Origin: a bacterium
GTDB lineage: Bacteria > UBA8248 > JACPRG01 > G963555815
Assembly: GCA_965218795.1 (NCBI GenBank)
Contig: OZ244653.1
Location: 1,728,001-1,792,000, forward strand
Length of the DNA stretch: 64,000 bases
Direction: 5' to 3'
In this document: positions 9,400-19,228 of the stretch, in pieces
How the letters are laid out: each line of letters opens with the position of its first letter
Position numbering within the stretch: the stretch's first letter is position 1
The notes under the pieces: generated by a model
Databases searched by the model: none
What the model saw: only the letters and a program-made list of their open reading frames with translations
What the model was told of the DNA's origin: nothing
Translations under genes and position numbers: made by a program

Positions 9400-10610
9400 T
9401 TACCCCTTCCCCGCCAGTTCCTTGAATTCGTCCAGCGTGAGAAGCCGGTGGAGCTCCATGCCCTTCTCTTTCACGTCCATGAGGAGGGCCATCCGCTCCT
9501 CGTCCGTCGCCTGAATGCCGAGCCGTTCGAGCAAGATGCCGATCGTGTCGATCCCGCTTCCCTTTCCGATAACGATATCGGGCTCCTTCTGGCCCACCAT
9601 CTCGGCCGTGAACGGCGTCAACTCCAGCTCATTTTCCTTGCCGCAGTTCTTGAACCAGCTGGCGATAATCCCCGACTCGATCTGGTAGAGCAGATCCCCG
9701 ACAATGGCGCGGTTGGTGGGAATCTGAAGCCCCCGATCTCCTTCACCAGGTTGGAAAGCTCGACCATCTTATCCGTCTTGATCCCGATTTCGACGTTGTA
9801 CATGCATTGCAGCGCCATCACCACGTCTTCGTAAGCCGCGTTGCCGGCCCGCTCCCCGATGCCTGTCACGGTGGTGTGGGCAACGGTGCACCCGGAGGCC
9901 AGGCCCAGGATGGTGTTGGCCGGTCCGCACCCGAAATCGTCGTGGAAATGGGTCTCCAAGGGCTTGTCGACGCGCTCCCGGATTTTCTTGATCAGATAAG
10001 GGATGGCGTGCGGGCTGGTCCCGCCGAAGGTGTCCACCACCGCCAGAGCGTCCATATGCCCTTCGTCGGCCACCCGCACGACCATGTCGAGAAGCCAGTC
10101 GAGGTCGGCGCGGGTCGCGTCGATGGGGAACCACACGGTGTACAGTCCGGCCTCCTTGGCCGCCTGGGTTGCCGTGATGGAGAGGTCGATCGCCCGCTCG
10201 GGCTCCCACCGATAGGCATACTGGATGATATGCTGGCTGGAGGGGATCTCAACGACGACGCCCTTCACCCCGCAGTCCGCGGCCCGCTTGACGTCGTCCA
10301 CCATGCACCGGGAGAAGGCGAAGATCTCGCACGGCAGGTCCATCTTGACGATGTCCCGGATGGCCTGCTCGTCCTGTTTGGAGACCACCGGCATGCCGGC
10401 TTCGATCCGGTGGATCCCCGCCTCGGCCATCTTCTCGGCAATTCGGACCTTGTCGTCGCGCGTGAAGACGAGCCCGCATTGCTGCTCGCCGTCGCGCAGC
10501 GTGACATCGTGGATCTTGATGTCCTTGGGGAAATCCAGTCCCGCCGTCACTTCGTCGGCAAAGTTCAGAGGGCTGGTGAACCATTGATCGGACTTCCAGG
10601 GCGTGGACAT
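9400..10610 (-). pseudogene. DRE-TIM metallolyase (isopropylmalate/homocitrate synthase family), frameshifted near 9720
   Basis: DVTLRDGEQ, HFHDDFG and GIGERAGNA motifs; the C-terminal part (IESGI...VIGKGSG) continues in another frame to 9400. Confidence 0.8.
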
Positions 10611-10995
10611 GCTTGGGCGCTCCTTCCGAAAAGAAATTCAGGGCAGGCTCCAACGGCCCTGCCTCCCCGCAGGTTTGATCTTGATGCCATTCCAGCGTTT
10701 CAGGAATGCATGAGAAAGCGAAACTTTCGGAGGTTCTATTATAGAAGGGAGGGCGCGCCGCGGACAAGAGCGAAGGGGGTCTTCATCCGGCTGAAGGCCG
10801 GCAGGGTCTGACGTTGCTCAGTCGATGGATGAAGCCTCGAAATCAGCGATTGAAAAAGTTTAGTATCCTGCTGTATATTTTTCATGTCTACCGATAGGGC
10901 GCGTCTCCATCGCCCCGGTGAGCCTCCTGGTTCAGCGGGCTTTCTCCGGATGATCATGGACCCTGCAAACCTCCCGCTGAGCACCCGTATCCGCC

Positions 10996-11310
10996 TTGTT
11001 CCAATGGGACAAGGCGTTGGAAAAAAGAATGGCGGCCGCTCCAAAAGCCGAGGCAATCGGCCTGTTCGGTCCAACCGAATCCGACCCGATTGAGGTCTCG
11101 CCGATTCCGGCGGTCAACGTCGCCTCGGTGCCTCAGCGCAGTCCTCTCCGGTATCCCGGGGGGAAGACGTGGCTGATTCCCCATATCCGGGTTTGGCTGG
11201 AAAGGATCCATCCTGCGCCTCGGCTTCTCATCGAACCCTTCGCCGGCGGCGGGATCGTTTCGCTGACCGCCGTGATGGAGGGATTGGTCGATCGGTGCCT
11301 GATGGCCTTT
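10996..11310 (+). pseudogene. Dam/D12-class DNA adenine methyltransferase, N-terminal fragment
   Basis: SPLRYPGGKTWL and EPFAGGG; no DPPY motif, and similarity ends near 11310. Confidence 0.8.
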
Positions 11311-11374
11311 GAATCAGCATCGTGTTCTAGGAGAGAAACCTGCATGGAGTCGTGGAAGCCGACAGAGGAACATC

Positions 11375-11605
11375 ATGATAAGACGAATCAAATCACTAAA
11401 CGGCGTTATGACGAGTGTTTCTCTTGATGAGTCAGGCTTTGCGACCGTGAGCGTGACCCATTCCGGTTGCGGCGACAATTCTTCGTATGCTTTCTCCCCC
11501 CTGCAAGCAGAGAGTGAGGATTTCGAGTGTAGCCACTGCGGGGATGTGCTGCTGAGGTTCACAGCGGAAGAAGGCGAAGAGGTGCCCGATGCGTCGGGAC
11601 TGTGA
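11375..11605 (+). CDS. Small hypothetical Zn-ribbon protein (76 aa)
   Basis: GAGGAA RBS; HSGC...CSHC motifs. Confidence 0.45.
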   Translation: MIRRIKSLNGVMTSVSLDESGFATVSVTHSGCGDNSSYAFSPLQAESEDFECSHCGDVLLRFTAEEGEEVPDASGL

Positions 11606-11887
11606 TATGCGAAATGTCACTACCCGGTCGAGCAAATGCCCGGGGCACGTACACTCTAGATTCCTTGAGCCGCAACGAAGTTGACAAATGAGTCAAGTTT
11701 CAGGCAAACAGCAAGCAGCTACATGCTCGTCGGTCTGAGGCGAAGCCTCGCTAGGTATGATCCAACTCCTCAGCCGATCTTGGCGGAACGACCTCGCGGG
11801 GATCGCCTCGGCTGCCAGCAAGTCTGTCGTCATTGGAGTTGACCCGTTTTCGTGGACACCTTCAGAGTGTGCGCAGGAGGTGTTCAG

Positions 11888-12141
11888 ATGCGAAAGACTC
11901 ATTCGCCCTACGCGCCGGAGTAGCGGCGCCAGATGGTCGAGTTGGTTCGCTCGGGCCGTACGCCCGGGGAGCTGGCCCGGGAGTTCGAGTGTTCTGCTTC
12001 GGTGATTCGCAACTGGGTGCGCCAGGCCGACCGCGACGAGGGCCGTCGTGAGGACGGTCTGACAAGTACGGAGCTCGAGGAGCTGCGGCGGCTTCGTCGA
12101 GAGGTCCGTCAGCTTCGCGAAGAGCGGGAGATCCTAAAAAA
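11888..12141 (+). pseudogene. IS3 OrfA (HTH) with an in-frame TAG at 11921, cut by the IS110
   Basis: MRKTHSPYAPE*RRQMVELVRSGRTP...EEREILK; continues as KAAVWFARET after 13746. Confidence 0.85.
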
Positions 12142-12380
12142 CGGGACAAGACGGCGTCTTCCTGGACGAATGGAAACTTGGTGGGCAGCGTAGAATGTGC
12201 GATGTCCGGGGGGAGCAACCGTCAGCTTTTTGGAGGATCATGACCCCGCAAAAAACGTGGTTCAGGGACTGCTGCGGACTTGACTGTGGCGCCGTCGATC
12301 GACGAGCCCGATTAGGAAAATGATGGGAACCGCCGTCCCGCCTCTCGGACATCTCCCAACATGATTAAGGAGAGGGACCC
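12142..12380 (+). ncRNA. Putative IS110 bridge RNA region
   Basis: Contains TTAGGAA (12312-12318) and GTCCCG (12335-12340) matching the two sides of the predicted circle junction, plus a 13/15 antisense match to the target at 12225-12239. Confidence 0.65.
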
Positions 12381-13745
12381 ATGGCGAGTACAAAGCGCAG
12401 GACGAAACGTTCTTCCCGAGGCATGACGGTGGTCCATCCCAATGCGGCGGGGGTGGACATTGGGTCGCGAATCCATGTGGCCGCGGTGGGATCGAAGGGT
12501 ACTGACGAGCCCGTACGCACCTTCAAGACCTTTACCAACGACCTGCAGCGTCTTGCCGACTGGTTCGAAGAGGCTGGGGTCGAGACGGTCGCGATGGAGT
12601 CCACGGGCGTTTACTGGATCCCGTTGTTCGAGATCCTTCAAGAGCATGGATTGGAAGTGATCGTGGTGAACGCTCGGGAGGTGAAGACGGTTCCGGGACG
12701 CAAGAGTGACGTGAACGATGCGCAGTGGCTGCAGCAGCTGCACCAGTACGGTTTGTTGCGAGCCAGTTTTCGCCCCACTCGCGGGATCGCAGAGTTGCGG
12801 TCTTACCTGAGACAGCGCGAGCGCCTCCTGGACTATGCAGCGGCGCACATTCAACACATGCAAAAGGCGCTGACCCAGATGAATGTTCAGCTTCACCATG
12901 TTGTGTCCGACATCACGGGGGTGACGGGGCTGCGGATGATTCGGGCGATCGCGTCGGGGGTCGTCGACCCCGACTTACTCGCGGCATGGCGCGACAGCCG
13001 TTGTAAATCCTCACGCGAGACGATCCGTGAAGCGCTTGTCGGGCATTACCAACGCGAGCACGTCTTTGCGCTGAGACAGGCCCTGGAGCTGTACGATGTG
13101 TATCAAGCACAAGTGGCTCGCTGCGACCAGGAAATCGAGGCGGTCCTGGGTCGCCTCAGTGATGGCGTCGATGAGCCGTCGGCGGCGCTGCCCGCGCCTC
13201 GGCACAAGGCGCGTCAGCCCAACGGATTGAACTTCGACGTACGAGGCGCCCTGTATGCGTTGCTCGGCGTAGACCTGACCCAGATTCACGGAGTCGGCCC
13301 CTACCTTGCGCTGAAGATCATCGCCGAATGTGGGACGGATATGTCTCGATGGCCGAGCGCGAAGCACTTCACGTCGTGGCTTGCATTGGCGCCGGCGAAC
13401 AAGATCTCCGGTGGACGCGTTCTGGCCTCGAGAACGCGCCGTACGTCGAATCGGGCCGCTGCGGTGCTGCGTCTGGCGGCGGTGGCGGTGGGCAGGACCG
13501 AGACCGCGCTCGGAGCGTTCTATCGTCGATTGTCGGCGCGGATCGGCAAGGCCAAGGCGGTGACTGCCACCGCCCGAAAGATTGCGGTCCTGCTATACAA
13601 CACGCTGCGATATGGGCAGAAGTATGTGGATCCCGGCGCTTCATACTATGAAGAGCGTTATCGTCAGCGTGTGGTGAAGAATCTTCGCCGACGGGCCGCT
13701 TCTCTGGGGTATGTTCTGCAGGAGGGTGCGGAGGCAGTTTCTTAG
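12381..13745 (+). CDS. IS110 family DEDD recombinase/transposase
   Basis: GVDIG, AMESTGVYW and KSDVNDAQWL motifs; C-terminal KISGG serine motif and KAVTATARK. Confidence 0.95.
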   Translation: MASTKRRTKRSSRGMTVVHPNAAGVDIGSRIHVAAVGSKGTDEPVRTFKTFTNDLQRLADWFEEAGVETVAMESTGVYWIPLFEILQEHGLEVIVVNAREVKTVPGRKSDVNDAQWLQQLHQYGLLRASFRPTRGIAELRSYLRQRERLLDYAAAHIQHMQKALTQMNVQLHHVVSDITGVTGLRMIRAIASGVVDPDLLAAWRDSRCKSSRETIREALVGHYQREHVFALRQALELYDVYQAQVARCDQEIEAVLGRLSDGVDEPSAALPAPRHKARQPNGLNFDVRGALYALLGVDLTQIHGVGPYLALKIIAECGTDMSRWPSAKHFTSWLALAPANKISGGRVLASRTRRTSNRAAAVLRLAAVAVGRTETALGAFYRRLSARIGKAKAVTATARKIAVLLYNTLRYGQKYVDPGASYYEERYRQRVVKNLRRRAASLGYVLQEGAEAVS

Positions 13746-13805
13746 GAAAGCCGCGGTCTGGTTCGCACGGGAGACCGGCTCGGTGCCGGGGAGGTCTTCG
13801 GGCTC

Positions 13806-14846
13806 GTGAAGGCGAACCAGGCCTGTCATCGGGTGGCCACGATGTGCCGGGTGCTGGGTGTCTCCTCCAGCGGGTACTACACGTGGCGAAGCCGTGGGCG
13901 TTCCAATCGTGCGAAGCACGACGAGGCGTTGGGGGGCACGATCCGGGCCATCCACGAGGCATCTGGCGGCACCTACGGGGCGCCTCGGATGCATGCCGAG
14001 TTGACGGCCAACGGGCGTCGGGTGAGCCGCAAACGGGTAGCTCGTCTGATGCGCGAGGCGGGCTTGGCCGGGGTGAGCCGGCGCCGGGGCACGCGCACCA
14101 CGCGTCTGGACCCGAGTCATCGTGCGGTCCCGGACCGGGTCGAACGCCAGTTCCAGGCCGATGGGCCGGACCGAATCTGGGTGGCCGACATCACCTACGT
14201 GCCGACCTGGGCGGGGTTCGTGTACCTGGCCATCGTGCTCGACGTGTTCAGCCGCCGGATCGTAGGGTGGTGCATGGCCCATCATCTTCGCACCGAGCTG
14301 GTGCTCGGGGCGCTCAACATGGCGCTGGGACAGCGCCGGCCCTATGGGGTCGTGCATCATTCGGACCGGGGAACGCAGTACACTTCGCTCGCCTTCGGCA
14401 AGCGGTGCCGGGAGATGGGGGTGCTTCCCTCGACCGGGTCGGCCGGCGACTGCTATGACAACGCCATGGCCGAGAGCTTTTTCGCCACGCTGGAGTGCGA
14501 GCTCATCGACCGGCGTTCGTTCCGTACCCAGGCCGAGGCGCGCATGGCGATCTTCCAATTCATCGAAGGCTGGTACAACCCACGCCGCCGGCACTCCGCC
14601 CTGGGTTACCTCAGCCCCAACGACTACGAACGCGACGCGGCGAAGGCAACGCCGGGTGCAGTGCGCAACGTTCATCGTCCGGCCCGAGGGGTGCCCGGTG
14701 CTTGCTGGAGCGGAGAGCCAAAGGGAAAGATATCCCCTCCAGCGATATCCTATCCACCGATCTTGGGGAAGACTTTACGTCCACCGGCTGTCGCCCAACT
14801 CAGGGCTGGAGGTGACAGCCATAAACTGTCCACTGAAACGGGGTAA
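13806..14846 (+). CDS. IS3 OrfB DDE integrase
   Basis: WVADITY, HHSDRGTQY, DNAMAESFF and YNPRRRHSALGY motifs. Confidence 0.95.
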   Translation: MKANQACHRVATMCRVLGVSSSGYYTWRSRGRSNRAKHDEALGGTIRAIHEASGGTYGAPRMHAELTANGRRVSRKRVARLMREAGLAGVSRRRGTRTTRLDPSHRAVPDRVERQFQADGPDRIWVADITYVPTWAGFVYLAIVLDVFSRRIVGWCMAHHLRTELVLGALNMALGQRRPYGVVHHSDRGTQYTSLAFGKRCREMGVLPSTGSAGDCYDNAMAESFFATLECELIDRRSFRTQAEARMAIFQFIEGWYNPRRRHSALGYLSPNDYERDAAKATPGAVRNVHRPARGVPGACWSGEPKGKISPPAISYPPILGKTLRPPAVAQLRAGGDSHKLSTETG

Positions 14847-15594
14847 CTCCACATCGCCGCGCCGTACATCAAATACGACGAAGCAGCGTGGTTCTGCAAG
14901 CTGCTGCACTCAGGTATCGAGGTCATAACGCTCGTGAATATCAATGTGGAGGCTGTCAGCGCATCGGCATTGGACTTGGCTGCCCTGCGTTGCCTCGCCG
15001 AAGTGTCCTCCTCCGCGAAGCTCATCGCACTGTCGAACCTCCACGCGAAAGTGTTTATCGCCGACGAAAAGGCGGCGATCGTGACATCGGGCAACCTGAC
15101 GCGGTCAGCACTCGATAGCAATCTCGAATACGGCGTGTTGCTCCGAGAAACCGGCTTGGTTCAAGCGGTACGTAAGGACATGCTCTCGTTCGCTCGCCTC
15201 GGAAGCCAAGTGGATGCGAACACTGTTGCTAAGCTCGCTCCCCTGGAGGCCGAGCTTCGCCAAGCGCAGGCCAACATCGCAAGCAGCGCGACACCAACCG
15301 CAAAGCGCAGATTCGCCGAGGTTATGCGGCAGGCGAGGCCTGCATTCGCTTCCGCTCAGGTGGGCAACCGAAGCGCGCACGCCGTGTTCGGTGAAGCGAT
15401 TCAGTTCATATTGGCCCGCGGACCACAAACCACAAAAGCAATCCAGCAAGAGGTGAGCCAACTCATGCCAACTCTCTGCGACGACCGCGAATATTTCCTC
15501 ATCAAAGGCGAGCGTTACGGCAAGGCTTGGAAGCGACGGTTTCGCCACGCACAACTGCACCTCAGGCGAAAGGGTGTCGTCACCTACAACGCTA

Positions 15595-16698
15595 GTGTAG
15601 TGTAACAACCATTTATAGACTATAATAATTGCGCTCACAGTAAGGAGGAGCGCGATGGAACTGACCGCCTATGAACGAGCCGAACTGTTGCGGCGAGCAA
15701 GAAGTCGAACCGGCCGAGCAGAAGATGCGCGCCGGGCACGGGTGATTGTGATGCTGGCAGACGGATACACCTGGGACCAAGTCTGCGACCGACTCGAATG
15801 CAGTCGGGGTTTCGTGGCCAGTTGGAGCAGGCGCTTCGCGGAGCAGCGACTTGCGGGCCTGTACAGCCGCCATCAGGGTCAGGCCGCACGGCGGCTGACC
15901 CCAAAGCTCGAGGCGCGGATTCTGAACGCGACGCGCAAGCCGCCCACCGATGGAACGACGCATTGGAGCACACGCCGCCTGGGGGCTAGGCTGGGCGTCT
16001 CGCACATGATGGTTGCGCGCGTGTGGGCCAAGCACGGGCTGAAGCCGCATCGGCTGGATCGCTACATGGCGTCGAGCGACCCGGACTTCGAGGCGAAGGC
16101 GGCGGACATTATCGGCCTCTATTTGAACCCACCGCAGCATGCCGCGGTGTTTTGTGTGGACGAAAAGACGGCGATCCAGGCCCTGGATCGGACCGTGCCG
16201 GTTTTGCCGCTCTCCCCGGGCCGCGCCGAGCGCCATGGTTTCGAGTACCGCCGCCATGGCACGCTGTCGCTGTACGCCGCCTTCAATACCCAGACGGGCG
16301 AAGTGCTGGGCAAGACCGCCGAACGCCACACCTCGGCGCAGTTTGTTGCCTTTCTGGCGGACTTGGTGGCAACTCAGCCCCGCGACAAGGATATCCATGT
16401 CATCGCCGACAATCTCACCGCCCACAAGACCCCGCAGGTCCGGCGCTTCCTTGACCAACACCCCACCGTGCACATGCACTTCACGCCCACCTACTCGTCC
16501 TGGCTCAACCAAGTCGAGTTGTGGTTCGGCAAAATCCAACGCCACGTCATCTCGCGCGGCATCTTCACCTCCGTAAAAGACCTCAACCGAAAGCTGATGC
16601 GCTATATCAAGCTCTATAACAAAGCTCCCAAAACCGTGAAGTGGAAATACCATGACCCAAGGCGACGCCTTGGGTCAAAATCAGTTGGTACAGGCCAC
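15595..16698 (+). mobile_element. IS630-family element
   Basis: TA duplication at 15593-15594 and 16699-16700 in a CTAG context; imperfect IRs GTGTAGTGTAACAAC / GTGGCCTGTACCAAC. Confidence 0.88.
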
Positions 16699-16701
16699 TA
16701 G
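15655..16701 (+). CDS. IS630 transposase
   Basis: CVDEK, YRRHGT, IADNL and SSWLNQVELWF motifs. Confidence 0.95.
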   Translation: MELTAYERAELLRRARSRTGRAEDARRARVIVMLADGYTWDQVCDRLECSRGFVASWSRRFAEQRLAGLYSRHQGQAARRLTPKLEARILNATRKPPTDGTTHWSTRRLGARLGVSHMMVARVWAKHGLKPHRLDRYMASSDPDFEAKAADIIGLYLNPPQHAAVFCVDEKTAIQALDRTVPVLPLSPGRAERHGFEYRRHGTLSLYAAFNTQTGEVLGKTAERHTSAQFVAFLADLVATQPRDKDIHVIADNLTAHKTPQVRRFLDQHPTVHMHFTPTYSSWLNQVELWFGKIQRHVISRGIFTSVKDLNRKLMRYIKLYNKAPKTVKWKYHDPRRRLGSKSVGTGH

Positions 16702-16739
16702 TCGAAGACCTGGAGCCTAACACGCCCCTGAACATACCC

Positions 16740-17399
16740 ATGCCCTGTGGGAGCCATACCTTGCCGAGATCGCCGGTTTTTTACCGGACGAAGGCGATGG
16801 TGGCCCGCGAGGTGCCTTTCATGCGGGGGACGGGCACGGACAGGCCGGCGGGAAAAATCGATCTTGTTGTCGCCAAGATGTCCAGCGGCGGACTGCAATG
16901 GTATGGGTTGGAAGTCCAGGCCGTGTACTTTTCGGGCCAGGGCATGGAATCCGAGTTCGTGAGCATGCGGGATGATGATCATCGAAAACCCCCGTTTCCG
17001 AATGCAGTTCGCCGCCCGGATTGGCGCTCTTCGAGCGCGAAACGCCTTATGCCGCAATTGCAGGTCAAGGTCCCAACTCTTCGGCGCTGGGGATCGAAGA
17101 TGGCCGTTGCGGTGGATCGCCCATTCTTCCAGTCGATCGGAGGCCCCAGCCCCGCCCCAAGTCGCGACCTGAACGACGGCGACATCATCTGGCTGGTTCC
17201 AGGACTCTCGCGCAACAACGAGGGGCGCTATCAGCTCTCGCGAGAGCATTGGGAAGTTCTGACCTTGGAGGAATCCAGCAAAAAGCTCCTTGCCGCCGAA
17301 ACCGTTCAGCGTAAGACGTTCGAACAAGCGCTTCGAAACAAACTCGAACCGCTTGATCAGGCTTGCAGATTCTACAATCGCCAAAGGACGTATTTTTAG
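16740..17399 (+). pseudogene. NotI-family restriction endonuclease, probably N-terminally truncated
   Basis: EVQAVYFSG and PDWRSSSAKRLMPQL...KMAVAVD motifs; no convincing N-terminal Cys-rich region or start. Confidence 0.7.
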
Positions 17400-17485
17400 G
17401 GAAACCCTGATGAATGTCATTCCCGCCCCCGATCGGGTCGAGGGCAGGCTGTGGCGGGAACCCATAACGCTCGGAAATTATACCC

Positions 17486-17540
17486 TTGACGAAACAGTCC
17501 ACTACATGTTGTGTTTAGGGTCAACCACAACATGTAGTGG
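17486..17540. promoter_or_regulatory. TTGACG followed by a pair of NrdR-box-like palindromes forming a 15-bp perfect inverted repeat
   Basis: CCACTACATGTTGTG (17499-17513) / CACAACATGTAGTGG (17526-17540). Confidence 0.5.
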
Positions 17541-17544
17541 TCTC

Positions 17545-18219
17545 TCAACCTTCGGGAATTAATGGCAAGTCGATTTCCCGAACCCGCCAAGGTGCCTTGG
17601 CCCACAGTTTCTGATAGCTCAACCGAACTCTGAAATCCTCTCCCAATGTTGGTGCGTTTCGGCCCGCCAGCCAGATCGTGTCATCTACGGTTGGATTGTA
17701 TACGTCTTGCAACAGACCATTTGGAATGCAAGCCACGATTATTTTGCACAGTCTTTGTCCGTTTTCTATTTCCTCGTATACATACTTGGCGACTACGGTG
17801 ACTACTTGGTAGATTCGGTTACCGCGCTGTATTGTCTGATTCAACCTACCGGGTTCGTCCAGTTCCTCTCCCGAGCGCCGCATTCTGACTCGCATCGACG
17901 TTTGAGACATCTGTATCGTTGCGGTGCGATCATCGTTTCGCTTTTCCGCCTTGGCATCCAACATGAGAGCAACGGGTATCGATTCGGGCAGAAAGGCATA
18001 GATGGCCTTTTTGACATCAACCTTGCCGTAGAGACGGTCATGGATTCCTGAGACACCCATAGCCTCTATTGCTTCCCGCGTGACGTCCTCAGCTATGTCC
18101 TGCGGGAGATCCGCTTCTTCCTGGAAGATCGTTACTGCTTCATCCCGATAATCGGTCAACGCTTGAACAACCAGTGACATCACGGCTTGTTCCAATCGTT
18201 CGATCTCGTCAGGCTTCAT
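17545..18219 (-). CDS. SfiI/BglI-family type II restriction endonuclease
   Basis: DIAEDVTREA, GKVDVKKA, LDAKAEK, TIQMSQTSM and CIPNGLLQ motifs; overlaps the methylase stop. Confidence 0.8.
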   Translation of the reverse strand: MKPDEIERLEQAVMSLVVQALTDYRDEAVTIFQEEADLPQDIAEDVTREAIEAMGVSGIHDRLYGKVDVKKAIYAFLPESIPVALMLDAKAEKRNDDRTATIQMSQTSMRVRMRRSGEELDEPGRLNQTIQRGNRIYQVVTVVAKYVYEEIENGQRLCKIIVACIPNGLLQDVYNPTVDDTIWLAGRNAPTLGEDFRVRLSYQKLWAKAPWRVREIDLPLIPEG

Positions 18220-19156
18220 CGGTTCTCTGTCTGGCGATTCTCGTGTATTCAGTCTTACTATCGATACCCAGCCACTTTCTCCCCAGTCTCTTGGCAACTG
18301 CTGTTGTCGTGCCGGTTCCTACAAATGGATCAATGACGGTGCCACCATTCGGAGAAAATAGACGTATCACTCGTTCTGCCAAGCGTTCGGGGAACTCCGC
18401 TTCGTGGCGATCATTGCGGCGCACGGAAGCGATGTCCCATACGCCGCGAGAACCCCATTCGGACCATTCTTCTGCTGTCAATCGATTCCGCTCATAGGTT
18501 GTGATTCCAGGCTTCCAGAACACATACAAGTGCTCGAATTCGTCAACAGCACGGTATGAATTGGAATGCCACCTGCTGTTGGCCCAACACGGGTCTTTGC
18601 GCCAAATGCGCCGATCATAGAGATATAGACCAGCCTTTTCGGCCCATTCGGCCACCATGCCTCCAGTCAAGAGAACTTTGGTGGAAACACTATTCTTGCC
18701 ACCTCGAACGTTGTTGTGTTCGAGGCGCCGCTGGATTGTTTGTTCGGAACAGCCTAGCATCTCAGCCAGTTCGTAACGGCTCGCACCAGGCTGTTCCTCA
18801 AGGACCGCCAATATCTGATCACGAGTCACCCCGTTCTTCTTGCCGTTCACATTGTCAGCCTGGAACCTCGGCATGGTTTCGTCTGGAAAACACAGAATAT
18901 CGGCGATGTTGATGACGAGAAAACCGCCGTCACGAATGATGGGAGCGTGGCACTGGATGACTTCACGTATCAGAGATTGCCAATCCGTGAAGCTCAGGTG
19001 CTTCTCGTATGATTTGCCGACGTAATACGGCGGTGACCAGAAACTAAGGTCAACGCTTCCGTCAGGCAGGGTAGGCAAGACCTTTCTGGCATCGCCAGTT
19101 ATGATTTGATTGAATGATGTAGTTCTATCTGCATGCCGGACAGTCGCTTGGCTCAT
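18209..19156 (-). CDS. Beta-class N4-cytosine DNA methyltransferase with an internal HTH insertion
   Basis: SPPY precedes DPFVGTGT; HEAEFP motif; internal ASRYELAEMLGCSEQTIQRRL. Confidence 0.9.
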   Translation of the reverse strand: MSQATVRHADRTTSFNQIITGDARKVLPTLPDGSVDLSFWSPPYYVGKSYEKHLSFTDWQSLIREVIQCHAPIIRDGGFLVINIADILCFPDETMPRFQADNVNGKKNGVTRDQILAVLEEQPGASRYELAEMLGCSEQTIQRRLEHNNVRGGKNSVSTKVLLTGGMVAEWAEKAGLYLYDRRIWRKDPCWANSRWHSNSYRAVDEFEHLYVFWKPGITTYERNRLTAEEWSEWGSRGVWDIASVRRNDRHEAEFPERLAERVIRLFSPNGGTVIDPFVGTGTTTAVAKRLGRKWLGIDSKTEYTRIARQRTDEA

Positions 19157-19228
19157 GTTAACCCCTCTTTCTTGTGGAGGCCAAGTATTGCAACCCTGGA
19201 GAATTTGTCAAGACCTTTCGGCAACCTG

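Larger units (their letters stand above)
12142..13746 (+). mobile_element. IS110-family element
   Basis: Boundaries defined by restoring the IS3 sequence ATCCTAAAAAAAGCCGCG; about 240-bp left non-coding end, very short right end, no terminal IRs. Confidence 0.9.
11834..14851 (+). mobile_element. IS3-family element containing a nested IS110
   Basis: Terminal IRs TGGAGTTGACCCGTTTTCGTGGACA / TGGAGTTACCCCGTTTCAGTGGACA; 3-bp target duplication CAT at 11831-11833 and 14852-14854. Confidence 0.93.
11757..15594 (+). pseudogene. PLD-family (HKD) nuclease with a putative C-terminal winged helix, interrupted by IS3/IS110 and hit at its 3' end by IS630
   Basis: Joining 11757-11833 to 14855 restores ...KSVVIAAPYIKY...; HKD motif LHAKVFIADEKAAIVTSGN. 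Confidence 0.8.

Noticed and set aside
10868-10887. SOS-box-like CTGTATAT
   Set aside because: Only a half site; the ACAG arm is missing.
11921-11923. In-frame TAG in IS3 orfA as recoding
   Set aside because: Other genes use TAG as a normal stop, and the element is already disrupted, so a nonsense mutation is simpler.
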